Source of the DNA: Thermoanaerobaculia bacterium
GTDB taxonomy: Bacteria > Acidobacteriota > Thermoanaerobaculia > Multivoradales > SZUA-115
Assembly: GCA_036274895.1 (NCBI GenBank)
Contig: DASUEU010000058.1
Coordinates: forward strand, 84,885 to 148,884
Direction of reading: 5' to 3'
DNA length: 64,000 bases
Part shown: one piece after another, positions 46,204 through 55,980 of the stretch
How positions within the stretch are numbered: position 1 is the first letter of the stretch
Layout: each line of letters opens with the position of its first letter
The notes under the pieces: model-generated
Seen by the model: only the letters and a program-made list of their open reading frames with translations
The model's database searches: none
Told to the model about the DNA's origin: nothing
Program-made: the position numbers and the translations under genes

Positions 46204-46264
46204 CCAAGTCGGCTGGCACCTTTGGATTGGGGTTCCCCTGGGGTTCCCCAAGTCGGCTGGCACC
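46204..46264. repeat. tandem pair of the dispersed motif (reverse orientation)
   Basis: ccaagtcggctggcacc at 46204-46220 and 46248-46264, separated by ttggattggggttcccctggggttcc. Confidence 0.8.
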
Positions 46265-46276
46265 TCTTGTGGGGCG

Positions 46277-47692
46277 TCAGGCCGCTTGCCAGCAGGTGTG
46301 GAAGGCCAGATTCATCGGCTTCGGTGCCGTCAGCCGCGCCAGCGGCGCCGCCCCGGGCTCGGCGAAGGCGTCGAGCAGCAGAAAAGTCGTGGTCATCGTC
46401 GCCACGTCCAGCTCCGGCACCAGCACCACGCCCGTGCTCCCCAGCCCCGCCACGAAGGCAGGCTCTGCCGCTAGGTAGCGGCCGGGCGCCGGGGCGTACA
46501 TCTCGGTCAGCCGCCCCTCCTGCCAGTCGCCTCTCACCAGCCGGTCGAGGAACTTCCTCCCGTTCCGGCCCGTGTGCGCCACGCTCAGCATCCAGAACCA
46601 GCGGTAGCCTTTCCCGGCCAGGTGGGGGTCGATCGCCGCGAAGTCCGCCGCCTGAGCGAAGGGCAGCTCCCGGCGTGAGAGCAGCCGCCCCGCCCTCGGG
46701 TCGACCACCAATCGCACCGGCCTGCCCGGCTCGACGTCGACGAACAGATCCGGCAAGGGCTGGTAGTCGGGATAGACCGGCTCCGAGAGCTCCAGCAGAT
46801 CGACCACCAGGTTCTCTCCCTGCTCGAAGGCGTTGATGTGGTGCAGGCAGTAGCCCTGCCCCACCGGCACCACACTCGCCAGGTCGCCGCTCTCACGGTC
46901 GAAGATCCACAGCCGGCTGCCCCGCTCGGGATGCCAGCCGAGGGCCTCCTGGACCGACGCGCCCCGCTCGAGGAAGGCCTTCATGTCGAGCAAGTAGGGC
47001 GCCACGTGGACGGCTGCCCAGCGGGGCGAGAGGCTGAAGTCGTGGACCGAAGCGGGCAGGTCGAGGGCGTGTCGCCGGCGGTAGATCAGTTGGCCGTCCG
47101 CACTGAAGCGGTAGAGGGTCAAGGTGGGCTCGGTGGTGGCGAAGGAGATCCCGAAGTTGACCATCTCGCCGTTGTCGGGATCGAAGTTCGGGTGTGCTGA
47201 GAAAGGCGAGATGTGGTTCAGCCGGCGCTCGAAGGTGTGCTCGCCGAGGGTCTCGAGGGACGTCGGGTCGAGCTCCCAGGGCAGGCCCTGCTCGCCAAAG
47301 GCCAGGAGCTTGCCGGCAAAGGGATAGACGCTGACGTTCACCGGCGTCGCCAAGGCCACGTTGCGCACCAGCCGGTCGCCTTCGAAGGAGGTGCCGAAGG
47401 TACGGTAGAGAAAGCGCCCGGCCGCCTCCTCCTCGACCTGCTTCGGGCTGGCCAGCCAGCGGGTGGTGAGCTGCGCCCCTGCTGCCGAGATGCACAACCG
47501 GAAGACCATGCCATCGCCGTCCAGCCAGTGGCGGTAGCGCATCTCGCCGCGACGGAAACGGGCCGGGCCGATGCCGAGATAGGAGCCCGAGAGCCAGTCC
47601 GGCAGACGGCCCTCCACGGCCACCTCACCCTGCTGCTCCTCCGGGATGAGCTCGAACGCCTTTTCGAGGCCGGGCGCGAAGTCCGCGCTCAT
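46277..47692 (-). CDS. carotenoid cleavage oxygenase / RPE65 family dioxygenase
   Basis: Starts MSADFAPG at ATG 47692, overlapping the upstream stop as ATGA. It has the CCD blocks RYRHWLDGDGMVF, AHPNFDPDNGEMVNFG and GYCLHHINAFE (Fe-ligand His). Confidence 0.8.
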   Translation of the reverse strand: MSADFAPGLEKAFELIPEEQQGEVAVEGRLPDWLSGSYLGIGPARFRRGEMRYRHWLDGDGMVFRLCISAAGAQLTTRWLASPKQVEEEAAGRFLYRTFGTSFEGDRLVRNVALATPVNVSVYPFAGKLLAFGEQGLPWELDPTSLETLGEHTFERRLNHISPFSAHPNFDPDNGEMVNFGISFATTEPTLTLYRFSADGQLIYRRRHALDLPASVHDFSLSPRWAAVHVAPYLLDMKAFLERGASVQEALGWHPERGSRLWIFDRESGDLASVVPVGQGYCLHHINAFEQGENLVVDLLELSEPVYPDYQPLPDLFVDVEPGRPVRLVVDPRAGRLLSRRELPFAQAADFAAIDPHLAGKGYRWFWMLSVAHTGRNGRKFLDRLVRGDWQEGRLTEMYAPAPGRYLAAEPAFVAGLGSTGVVLVPELDVATMTTTFLLLDAFAEPGAAPLARLTAPKPMNLAFHTCWQAA

Positions 47693-49458
47693 ACGGTCAC
47701 CAGCTCCTCCGCGGCGGCAGGCACCGCCTTGCGCGGCCGGGCCGCCCGGAAACGCTCCATCGGGCAGGTGGCGAAGCTCCACTCGTGGCGACCCGCCGGC
47801 CGGCCGGCGGCCGCCCAGCGCTGGCGGATGGCTTCCGGATCGAAGGGGTAGTCGGCCAGGTCGATGGCCGCCACGAAGCCCGGGTGGTGCAGGGCCTCGG
47901 CGTCGCCCACCACCACCGAGCTCAAGTAAGCCAGGATGTACCGGCAGAGTTCCTCCAGGTTGGCCAGCTGCTCGCCCAGCACCTCTTTGCCCTCGTCAAC
48001 CGAGATGCCGACCTTGTAGAAGGTCTTCTCAGCCCGGGCGAGGGGAGCCAGCTCGAAGAAGTCGAGGAAGATCGGTTCGGCCGGCGTCTCCAGGTGGTCC
48101 TTGGCCCAGCGCGCGTAGGCGGAGGTGAAGCGCATCACCGTGCGGTTCAACGGGCCGAGCCGATTGAACCGGTTGAAGAAGTTAAGCAGGAAGCGGCGAT
48201 CCGTGAAAAAACCGTTGATGAACGGGAAGGTCAGGAAGGCGAAGTAGACGGTGAGCTCCCAGGTGTACTTGAGCGAATACGCCTCCTGGTCGCCGAGCAC
48301 GTTGTAGCTGTCGGCGTAGCTCGGCACGTAGGCCTCGTAGATCGCCCGCATCAAGGAGTCGTAAGCGCGAACCTTCTCCGCGAGCAGCTCCGGATCGCGG
48401 GTGGCGATGGCGTCGACGATGACCGTGGTGTAGATCGAGATGAGGTCGCCGCCCGGGCTGTAGAGGGGGTCGGAGAACCGTCCCGCCATGCCGGCCAGGG
48501 CCCAGCGTTGCGCCGAAATGGTCTGCGCGCAGTCGTAGCCGTAGTCGGGGATGCCACCGAAGTCCAGCACTTTCCGCTGGGGCAGGTCGCGCGCGAAGAG
48601 GGGAAACTCCTTGCAGATCCAATCGATCAGCTTCTGCGCCGAGGACACCGTTCGATGATCGATCACCTCGCGGTCGAACACCAGCCCGATGGAGGTTATG
48701 CCCTGGAGCGGGATGACCCACACCCAGAAGCCCTCACCACAGAAGTGATTGGTGGCGAGCCAGAAGGGCAAATGGCCGAGGGCGGAGCGCGACGGATGCC
48801 GCAGCATCTCGGTGCGGGACAGCCCGGTCAGCTTCTCGATGTTGAGCAATCCTTCGACCCAAAGGAAGACCGAGCCGTGACGGATGTTGCCCGGTCGACC
48901 CAGCCCGAGCTTCCTCGCCAGGATGCGAGCACGCCCGCTGCAGTCCACCACCCACCGGGCCGTCACCTCCCGCGCGCCATCGGGGCTGTCGAAGCGCACG
49001 GTGTGGGGGCCTTCTTGAGCCAGCTCGACGTCGACGTTGACCGACTGCCCTCGGAAGGTGAAGCGCGAATCGGCGAGATTGCGGGCGAACAGCTCAGCCT
49101 CGATCTTGTTGCGGTCCAGTTGGTAGCTCGCAATGTTGGACAAGGGCCGTGGGTAGGACTGTCCGACGTGCTCGAAGGCATCGTTGGGCAGCCCCGCCGA
49201 CTTCCAGTAGAAGCGGAGGTTGTACTTCATGAAATGCTCGCGGAGCAGGTATTCCTCGAGATCCAGGACCTTCGAGAAGTAGTAGCCGGAGACCTGGACC
49301 GTGGCTTCCCCCACCTTCTGGTTAGGGGCCGGCAGCTCGGCTCTCTTGTCGAGGAGGAGGACGGATTCTTCCGTCTCGATCAGGAGCTGGCGGGCGAGGG
49401 ACTGGCCGGCGAGACCCCCGCCGAGGATCACGACGTCGACGTGCTCTCGGGTCGGCAT
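47689..49458 (-). CDS. flavin-dependent halogenase (tryptophan-halogenase family)
   Basis: FAD site VVILGGGLAGQ and the halogenase-specific WxWxIP motif (GFWVWVIPL). A GGAGG RBS precedes ATG 49458. Confidence 0.8.
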   Translation of the reverse strand: MPTREHVDVVILGGGLAGQSLARQLLIETEESVLLLDKRAELPAPNQKVGEATVQVSGYYFSKVLDLEEYLLREHFMKYNLRFYWKSAGLPNDAFEHVGQSYPRPLSNIASYQLDRNKIEAELFARNLADSRFTFRGQSVNVDVELAQEGPHTVRFDSPDGAREVTARWVVDCSGRARILARKLGLGRPGNIRHGSVFLWVEGLLNIEKLTGLSRTEMLRHPSRSALGHLPFWLATNHFCGEGFWVWVIPLQGITSIGLVFDREVIDHRTVSSAQKLIDWICKEFPLFARDLPQRKVLDFGGIPDYGYDCAQTISAQRWALAGMAGRFSDPLYSPGGDLISIYTTVIVDAIATRDPELLAEKVRAYDSLMRAIYEAYVPSYADSYNVLGDQEAYSLKYTWELTVYFAFLTFPFINGFFTDRRFLLNFFNRFNRLGPLNRTVMRFTSAYARWAKDHLETPAEPIFLDFFELAPLARAEKTFYKVGISVDEGKEVLGEQLANLEELCRYILAYLSSVVVGDAEALHHPGFVAAIDLADYPFDPEAIRQRWAAAGRPAGRHEWSFATCPMERFRAARPRKAVPAAAEELVTV

Positions 49459-49483
49459 GACAGCAACCTCCTGGACGTTGGCC

Positions 49484-50728
49484 TCACGCCGCGTCGCTGC
49501 GCGTGAGAATCAGAGCCGCCGCGTGGCCGTCGAGGCCGAGCGCGGTGGCGAGCACCGTCCGCGCGTTGACGGCCCGGGGCCGGTTCGAAAGGGAGAGCGC
49601 GAGGCCCGGCTCCGGTTCGCCGAGACCGCCGATGCCGGGAAGTCGGCCGGAGGACAGGATCTCCAGCAGGGCAAGGGCCTGGAACCCGCCCGAGGCTCCG
49701 AATGCCTCGCCGAGGGCTCCCTTGATGGCCGTGGCGGGCACCGCCTCGGCCGCTTCCTCCAGGGACGAGGCGAGGCCCAGGGCCTCGGCGAGGTCCAGCT
49801 CCAGACTGCCCGACCCGCCGGTGACCACGGCCCCCAGGTCCCCGGGCCCGAGGCCCGCATCGGCGAACGCCGCTCGCACCGCCCGGCCCAGGGCCGAGGC
49901 GGCGCTCCACGGGTCCTGGCCCATCGATGGATCGAAGGCGGAAGCGTGGCCCACCACCTCCCCAAAGAGGCTGGCACCTCTGGCGCGGGCCCCTTCGAGC
50001 TCTTCGAGCAGCACCAGCGCGGCCCCCTCGCCGAGGGCGAACCCTCGCCGCCCGGCCCCGAACGGCACCGGTGAGCTCCCGGCCGCGGCCAGCAGGCCGG
50101 CACGACCGTAGGTCAGCCCGGCCTCCGGCGACAGCTCCTCCGCCCCCCCGGCCAGCAGCGCTTCGGCGTGCCCACCGCGGATCAGATCCGTGGCGTGACC
50201 GATCGCCGCCAACCCCGCCGTGGCCCCCCCGGCCATCGTCGAGTTGAGTCCCACCAGACCGTGCCAGATGGCTGTCTGCCCAGCCGGGGCGTTGATCACG
50301 CTGTTGGCGAAATCCAGGGGCTTGACGTAGTTCGGGCCGGCGGTCAGCCCGCGGCGATCGAACTCGGCGATGGTCTTGAGGCTGCCGAACTGGGTGCCCA
50401 GAACCAGCCCCACCGGCTGCGTCCGGCTCTCGACCTGGGCCAGACCCGCCTCGGCGAGAGCCAGTCCGGCAGCTGCCGCGGCCAGCCGCGAGGTCCGGTC
50501 GAGGGGCCGGACGTTGCGGTCGCCGAAGTAGGTCTCCGGCGCGAAGCCCCAGACCTCGCCGGCGACCACCGCGGCACAGCCGTTCCAGGTCGCCAGCGCC
50601 GACGGCCCGAGGCCCGACCGGCCCTCCTCGAGCGCAGCGGCGAAGGCCCCCGGCGTGTCCCCGAGGGGTGAGACGAGGCCCCGTGCGGTGACCACGACGC
50701 GGCGGCGGGAAGCGTTCAGGGCCGCCAC
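49484..50728 (-). CDS. ketosynthase-like chain-length-factor (KS beta, no active-site Cys)
   Basis: KS fold (..RRVVVTARGLVSPLGD..) with AGG at the position aligned to the catalytic TACAAG Cys. A GTG start overlaps the KS alpha 3' end. The listed ORF extends further in the same frame. Confidence 0.65.
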   Translation of the reverse strand: MAALNASRRRVVVTARGLVSPLGDTPGAFAAALEEGRSGLGPSALATWNGCAAVVAGEVWGFAPETYFGDRNVRPLDRTSRLAAAAAGLALAEAGLAQVESRTQPVGLVLGTQFGSLKTIAEFDRRGLTAGPNYVKPLDFANSVINAPAGQTAIWHGLVGLNSTMAGGATAGLAAIGHATDLIRGGHAEALLAGGAEELSPEAGLTYGRAGLLAAAGSSPVPFGAGRRGFALGEGAALVLLEELEGARARGASLFGEVVGHASAFDPSMGQDPWSAASALGRAVRAAFADAGLGPGDLGAVVTGGSGSLELDLAEALGLASSLEEAAEAVPATAIKGALGEAFGASGGFQALALLEILSSGRLPGIGGLGEPEPGLALSLSNRPRAVNARTVLATALGLDGHAAALILTRSDAA

Positions 50729-51936
50729 TTGATCATCACCGTCGAAGCGTTGTTGCCGCCGAAGGCGTAGGCATTGTTCATCGCCACCGCCACCGGCATC
50801 TCCCGCGCCTCGTTGGGCACACAGTCGACGTCGCACTCGGGATCCGGCTCCTCGAAGTGGATGGTCGGCGGCACTCGGTCCTCGGCCACGGCCAGAGCAC
50901 ACACCGCCGCTTCGATCGCCGACGCCGCGCCCATGGTGTGGCCGAGCATCGACTTGATCGAGGACATCGGCACCCGCGGCGATCGTTCGCCGAACACCCG
51001 CTTGACGGCGATCGACTCCAGCCGGTCGTTGGTCGGCGTGCCGGTGCCGTGGGCGCTGACGTAGGAGACGTCCTCCGGCGCCAGGCCCGCCATACGTAGG
51101 GCCCGCTCCATCGCCCGCGCCGCCCCCTCGCCTTCCGGATGGGCGGCGGTCATGTGGTGGGCGTCGCAGGAGAGGCCGTAGCCCGCCACCTCGGCGATGG
51201 GCTCGACGCCGCGGGCGAGGGCTCGATCGAGGGGCTCGAGGACCAGCACCGCCGCCCCCTCGCCGGGGATCATGCCCTGACGGTTCTTGTCGAAGGGCCG
51301 GCAGACATCCGGAGCGATCGCCCCCAGACGGGCGAAGCCGGTGTAGGTGATGCGCGAGAAGCAATCCGCACCGCCCGCCAGCATCAGCTCCGCCCGGTCG
51401 TTGACCAGTGCGTCGTAGGCGTAGGCGAGAGCGTAGTTGCCGGCCGCACAGGCGGTGGGGATCATGGCGTTGACGCCGGCGAAGCCCACCTCCGCGGCGA
51501 CGTGCGCGGCGATGAGGTGGCAGGGGTACCGGCGCACGAAGCCGTGGCCGGCCTGGGCGAGATCCTCCGCCACCAGGGCATCGTCGAGCCGCTCCACCTC
51601 CTGAGGCTCACCGGAGGTGGTACCCATCGCCACACCGGCCCGCGCCGGATCCAGTGCTTCCGGATCGAGCCCGGCATCCGAGAGGGCCAGTCGCGCGGCG
51701 GCAGCGCCGAGCTGCGAGGCACGACCGATCTGCGCCGGGACGAGGCGCTTCAGATGATCGTCGGGGCGGAAGCCCTTGATCTCGCCCCCCTGGTGCACGG
51801 GGTGGCGCGATGTGTCGAAGGACTCGACCGTCGAGGTGCCACGCCGGCCGGCGAGCAGGGCCTGCCATGCCGCCCGGCGGCCGATGCCCACCGAGGTCAC
51901 CATGCCGATGCCGGTGACCACGATTCGACGGCTCAT
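50716..51936 (-). CDS. beta-ketoacyl-ACP synthase (KS alpha)
   Basis: Carries the Cys-His-His triad: IPTACAAGNY, SAHGTGT and SMLGHTMGAAS. Confidence 0.85.
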   Translation of the reverse strand: MSRRIVVTGIGMVTSVGIGRRAAWQALLAGRRGTSTVESFDTSRHPVHQGGEIKGFRPDDHLKRLVPAQIGRASQLGAAAARLALSDAGLDPEALDPARAGVAMGTTSGEPQEVERLDDALVAEDLAQAGHGFVRRYPCHLIAAHVAAEVGFAGVNAMIPTACAAGNYALAYAYDALVNDRAELMLAGGADCFSRITYTGFARLGAIAPDVCRPFDKNRQGMIPGEGAAVLVLEPLDRALARGVEPIAEVAGYGLSCDAHHMTAAHPEGEGAARAMERALRMAGLAPEDVSYVSAHGTGTPTNDRLESIAVKRVFGERSPRVPMSSIKSMLGHTMGAASAIEAAVCALAVAEDRVPPTIHFEEPDPECDVDCVPNEAREMPVAVAMNNAYAFGGNNASTVMIKWRP

Positions 51937-52211
51937 GCCAGAGCTGCCTCGGGCTGGGGCTGGGCGAGCTCGCTCAGCCGCTCGAGCACCAGCGCCACGG
52001 TTTCTTCCACGTTCGAAAGGGAGCGCATACGCTCCTCTGGCAGGTTGAGCTTGAAGGCGTAATCGACGTCTACGCCGATCTCGAGGAGCGAAAGGGAGTC
52101 GAGGTTGAGATCGTCGATGTATGAGTCAGTGTCACCGATCTTGGCGGGATCGAGGTTGGTGACGTTGGCGATGATCTCTTTGATCTTGGTGCGGATTGAC
52201 TCGACTTCCAT
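51933..52211 (-). CDS. acyl carrier protein
   Basis: 92 aa with phosphopantetheine site DLNLDSLSLLEI. An AGGAGAG RBS precedes the start, and its stop is coupled to the KS start as ATGA. Confidence 0.8.
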   Translation of the reverse strand: MEVESIRTKIKEIIANVTNLDPAKIGDTDSYIDDLNLDSLSLLEIGVDVDYAFKLNLPEERMRSLSNVEETVALVLERLSELAQPQPEAALA

Positions 52212-52467
52212 GGGTTCTCTCCTCTGACTTTGCGTCCATGATAACCGACTGGCGAATCACGGACGTTGCCCGGCGTGCAACTCGGCATAGCTCGCGAAAA
52301 ATCGTTCTTTTCGCGCTTCGACGATCAATGCGACCACAGAATGATCAGATTTCTTGTCCGCTCTCGGACCAGCTCGCGTGTCACGACCTCGACAGCGCCA
52401 GCGATCGAGATAGGTTTCTCCCAGGAAGATTCGTTACAGCGAGGAAAAAGGGGACATCGGAGCTCGA
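52212..52467. promoter_or_regulatory. AT-richer intergenic region upstream of the ACP-KS-CLF-halogenase-CCD operon
   Basis: 256-bp lower-GC spacer (..cgaaaaatcgttcttttcgcgc..) directly 5' of the ACP gene. Confidence 0.3.
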
Positions 52468-55400
52468 TCAAGGCCATCCGAGCCCCTCGAGCTCGGCCGC
52501 CGGGCGGCCTTCGACGCCGAGATCGACCACCAGGGTGGCGTCGTCCGAGGAGAGCTCGACCTCGCGCAGGCAAGCCCGATCCCGGCGTGGATCGGCAAAG
52601 ATGACTCGATAGCGGCCCGGGGCCAGCCCGGCGAAAGCGAAGCGCCCCTCCGGATCGGTCTGACCCACGACCATCGAGCCGTTCGCCCCCAACGCGCCGA
52701 CGGTGGCTTCCACGAACGGGACGCCGTTCGACAGCAGCAGGCCGGCCAGACGCAGACCTTCGGCGAGCACCAGCTCGAGCTCGACGAGACGCTGCCCGGC
52801 CCCGATCTCGACCGTCGCCTCGGTCCCCTGGTTGGTGGCGGCGCTGACCACCGAGACCCGCCAGGTGCCCGGGGCAAGCCCCTTCATCTCGAAGCCTCCC
52901 CGGGCGTCGAGCCTGGCCCAGGCCGTCTGACCGTTTTCGTCGGCGGCCGTCACCTGCACGCCCGCCATCTGCGCGGCTTCGAGGCCCACCACTCGTCCCG
53001 CGAGCGTCGCACCTCGCGCCAGGACCACCTCGAAGTCCGCGATCGGCCGCTCGCCGACTTCCAGCGGCAGGCCTTCGCTGGGAACCAGGAAACCCTGGGT
53101 CTGGACCATCAGCCGATAGGTGCCGGGTGGCACGGACGGCATGCGGAACTGGCCGTCCGGGGCCGACATGGTGTGGAGGGCGGCACCGGAACCCTCCGGC
53201 TGGGCGAGCAGCAGCAAGGCCCCCCCCACGCCCGCACCCTCCTCGTCCACGACCCGACCTGCGACCGACACGCCCCGGCGCAGCACGAAGTCTCGCTGCT
53301 GGGTGCCGGGCCGGATGTCGACCTCGTGGGTCTCGGCGACGAAGCCTTCGGCCGCGACCCTGACCGAGATCTGCCCCACCGCGAGGCCGGCCAAGCGGTA
53401 GCGGCCCGAGGCATCCGTGGCGCCGCCTGCGGTCCCCAGCATGGTCACGGTCTCGGACTTCGTCTGGGCGAAGATCGCGGCCCGGGGATGGGGGCGGCCC
53501 TCCTCGTCGACCACCGTGCCCTCGAGCATGGCCCCTGGCTGCAGGCGCAGGACGATGCCGGCCCGGCGCTCGCGGGGACCCAGCTCCAGTCCGGCGAGGG
53601 CAGCGGGCAAGTAGTCGTCCGCGGTGGCCGCCAGCTCATAGCTGCCGGGCTCGATCCCCGAGAGGACGAACTCGCCATTGCTTTCGGTGGGCTCGGCCGC
53701 GAGGATCGGGATGCGAAAGCGCGGACTCGCCTCCCCGGCGCCGGGCCCGGCGGGGAGCAGGTGCACCGTGGCGCCCTCGACCGGTGCCCCGGCCCCGTCC
53801 ACCACCTGCCCCGAAACCTGCGCTCCCGGGTCCAACACCAGCCGCAGGGGCCGCTCGGGCGGGACTTCCACGCCCGCCGCCCGGGTGACCCGGTAGCCGG
53901 TCTTGCGGGCCGTCAGGTCGACCGTGCCTCCAGCCGGGAGCCCGCCGATCTCGAAGCGCCCGTCGGCACCGGTCGAGGCGAAAAAGGAGGCCTCCTCTCC
54001 CGGGGACACACCGAGCACCGGAGCGGAACCGGAGGCGAGCTTGGGCGTGGCCTGGAGGTCGACGCCGGCGACCGGCTCGCCGTCGCGGTCGACGACCTTG
54101 CCTTCCAGCCGGGCTCCGGGGTGAAGGGTGATCACCCCGAGATCGGCTACCCCCGCCTCGCTCGCGACCGGCTGCCGCCGGATCTGCCCGGGAGCGAAGC
54201 CGGGCGCCTCGGCCCTGAGATCGACCAGGTCGCCGGCCAGGCCTACCAGCTGGTAGGCCCCCGACTCGTCCGTGGTGGCTCGGGTCTCTGGCTTCGCCGG
54301 CTCCGGGGAGACCCAAGCGAGATCGTCCTCGAGGTGCAGCGAGGCGTAGACGGTCGCACCCACCACCGGGCGGCCCTCGCGGTCCTCCACCCGGCCGTGG
54401 CCCTCGACCCGGGAGCGCAGCACGATGCGCAGCCCCGTGTGGCTGCCGCCGGCGTCGAGGCCGGCCAGACGGATCGGCTCGGCCCAGAAGCCTTCGACCT
54501 CCACCCCCACGGCATATCGGCCTCGGGGATCCAGGCCTACGAGCGCGAAGCGACCGTCCGGCCCGCTGCGACCCAGTGCCATGGCATCTCGGGCGTCGAC
54601 TCGCAGGCCGCCCCAGCCGGCCAGGACCAGCACGTCGGGCACCGCGACGCCCTCCCCGTCGACCACCACCCCCTCGATCCTCACCGCCGGTCGCAGCAGG
54701 AGAGAGACTTCGGAGCCGTCCTGCCGGCTCGGCCGTTCCTGATCTGGATGGAAGCCGGCCGCCGCGGCCGCCAGGGAAGCCGCGGCGCCCTCGGGCCGCA
54801 CCGCCAGACGGAAGCGGCCGCCCCGACCGGAGACGGCATGGGACCCGTGTTGTCCCGGCGCCCACACCACCGCCCCTGCCACCCCCTCGAGGTCGGGCAG
54901 AGACCTCACCCGGCCCTCCCTCACCACCAGGGCCGGCAAGGTCACCGGCTCGGGCCTCGGCTCGGCCTCGGTCTCGAGCGGCGGCAGAGTCAAGGCCAGC
55001 TCTTCGCCGTCCGGCCCCACCAGTAGCCGCTCGAGGGGCCGGCCGGCCTGGCCGCGCAGCACCAGCAGGCCGTCCGGTCCGGTGGGCCCGGCCACAGGCA
55101 GGTCGGCGAGGAGGGCGAGGACTCCCGCCAGGGGCCGACCCCGGGGGTCGCGAGCCACCACGGGCCTCTCCCGCCCGGGCTCGAGAGTCAGCGCCACCTT
55201 CTCGCAGGACGGCGGCAGGCTCTCAAGCAGGGGAGCCTTGCCCGGTGCCTCCACCGCCACGCTCACCGCCACCCCCGCCGCGCACGGCAGAGCGAGGCGC
55301 CCGGCCTCGTCGCTGGCGAGGAAAACGGGGGCGAGCAGGGTCTTGAGCCTCTGCGAAGGGCCCAGGTGCCGGAAGTCGGCCGCGCTCTCCCCCAAGGTGC

Positions 55401-55881
55401 CAGCCGAGTTGGGGGCCGCCTCGAAAGTGGCGAGGATCCGCGCTCCGGCCAGGGGCTCGCCCCTCTCGTCGCGCACGGTCAGCGTCCTCCTCCCGGCCCG
55501 CGGCAGCGAGAAGGGAGCCAGCTCCCGCTCTTCCACCAAGGGCGTCAGGAAGAGGGCGAGGCCCAGGTGGTCGGGGGCCCCCACCGTCAGCCGCCACAGG
55601 CCCGGCTCGGGAGCCAGGATCTCGAAGCGGCCGTCGCGGCCGGCCCGCGAGCGGGCCACCGGCTCGGCCACGATCGGCAACACCGGCGCCAGCTCCACCG
55701 AAGCTCCGGCGAGCCCTTGGCCGTCCGGCCCGGTAACGACGCCGGAAACGGGGATCGGCTCGGCCAAGACCGCGAGGGGGAAGAAGGAGAGGACAAGTAG
55801 CTGGGCGAGGACGGTGCGGGCGAGGCGGCGGTGGCAGGACACACGATCCCCCTTCCTTCGAGAGCGAGAGAATACGCCCAT
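52468..55881 (-). CDS. giant secreted protein of tandem CarboxypepD_reg/prealbumin-like domains
   Basis: 1137 aa with a signal peptide and ~10 repeats of the G.VVD..G.P..GA.V pattern. Confidence 0.65.
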   Translation of the reverse strand: MGVFSRSRRKGDRVSCHRRLARTVLAQLLVLSFFPLAVLAEPIPVSGVVTGPDGQGLAGASVELAPVLPIVAEPVARSRAGRDGRFEILAPEPGLWRLTVGAPDHLGLALFLTPLVEERELAPFSLPRAGRRTLTVRDERGEPLAGARILATFEAAPNSAGTLGESAADFRHLGPSQRLKTLLAPVFLASDEAGRLALPCAAGVAVSVAVEAPGKAPLLESLPPSCEKVALTLEPGRERPVVARDPRGRPLAGVLALLADLPVAGPTGPDGLLVLRGQAGRPLERLLVGPDGEELALTLPPLETEAEPRPEPVTLPALVVREGRVRSLPDLEGVAGAVVWAPGQHGSHAVSGRGGRFRLAVRPEGAAASLAAAAAGFHPDQERPSRQDGSEVSLLLRPAVRIEGVVVDGEGVAVPDVLVLAGWGGLRVDARDAMALGRSGPDGRFALVGLDPRGRYAVGVEVEGFWAEPIRLAGLDAGGSHTGLRIVLRSRVEGHGRVEDREGRPVVGATVYASLHLEDDLAWVSPEPAKPETRATTDESGAYQLVGLAGDLVDLRAEAPGFAPGQIRRQPVASEAGVADLGVITLHPGARLEGKVVDRDGEPVAGVDLQATPKLASGSAPVLGVSPGEEASFFASTGADGRFEIGGLPAGGTVDLTARKTGYRVTRAAGVEVPPERPLRLVLDPGAQVSGQVVDGAGAPVEGATVHLLPAGPGAGEASPRFRIPILAAEPTESNGEFVLSGIEPGSYELAATADDYLPAALAGLELGPRERRAGIVLRLQPGAMLEGTVVDEEGRPHPRAAIFAQTKSETVTMLGTAGGATDASGRYRLAGLAVGQISVRVAAEGFVAETHEVDIRPGTQQRDFVLRRGVSVAGRVVDEEGAGVGGALLLLAQPEGSGAALHTMSAPDGQFRMPSVPPGTYRLMVQTQGFLVPSEGLPLEVGERPIADFEVVLARGATLAGRVVGLEAAQMAGVQVTAADENGQTAWARLDARGGFEMKGLAPGTWRVSVVSAATNQGTEATVEIGAGQRLVELELVLAEGLRLAGLLLSNGVPFVEATVGALGANGSMVVGQTDPEGRFAFAGLAPGRYRVIFADPRRDRACLREVELSSDDATLVVDLGVEGRPAAELEGLGWP
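55394..55410. repeat. dispersed motif copy (inside giant CarboxypepD_reg gene)
   Basis: ggtgccagccgagttgg. Confidence 0.7.
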
Positions 55882-55980
55882 CGATACGGATGAGAGATTT
55901 CTCCCCTTCCCCTCCGGCCTCCCCCTCTCCCGGACGGCTGTGCCGGCGGGCCGGGAGAGGGGGAACGAGGGGGTGAGGGC

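Noticed and set aside
34347-46264. CRISPR-array interpretation of the repeated 17-mers
   Set aside because: The copies are not regularly spaced arrays with unique spacers. They are dispersed singles or pairs tens of kb apart, and there are no cas genes.
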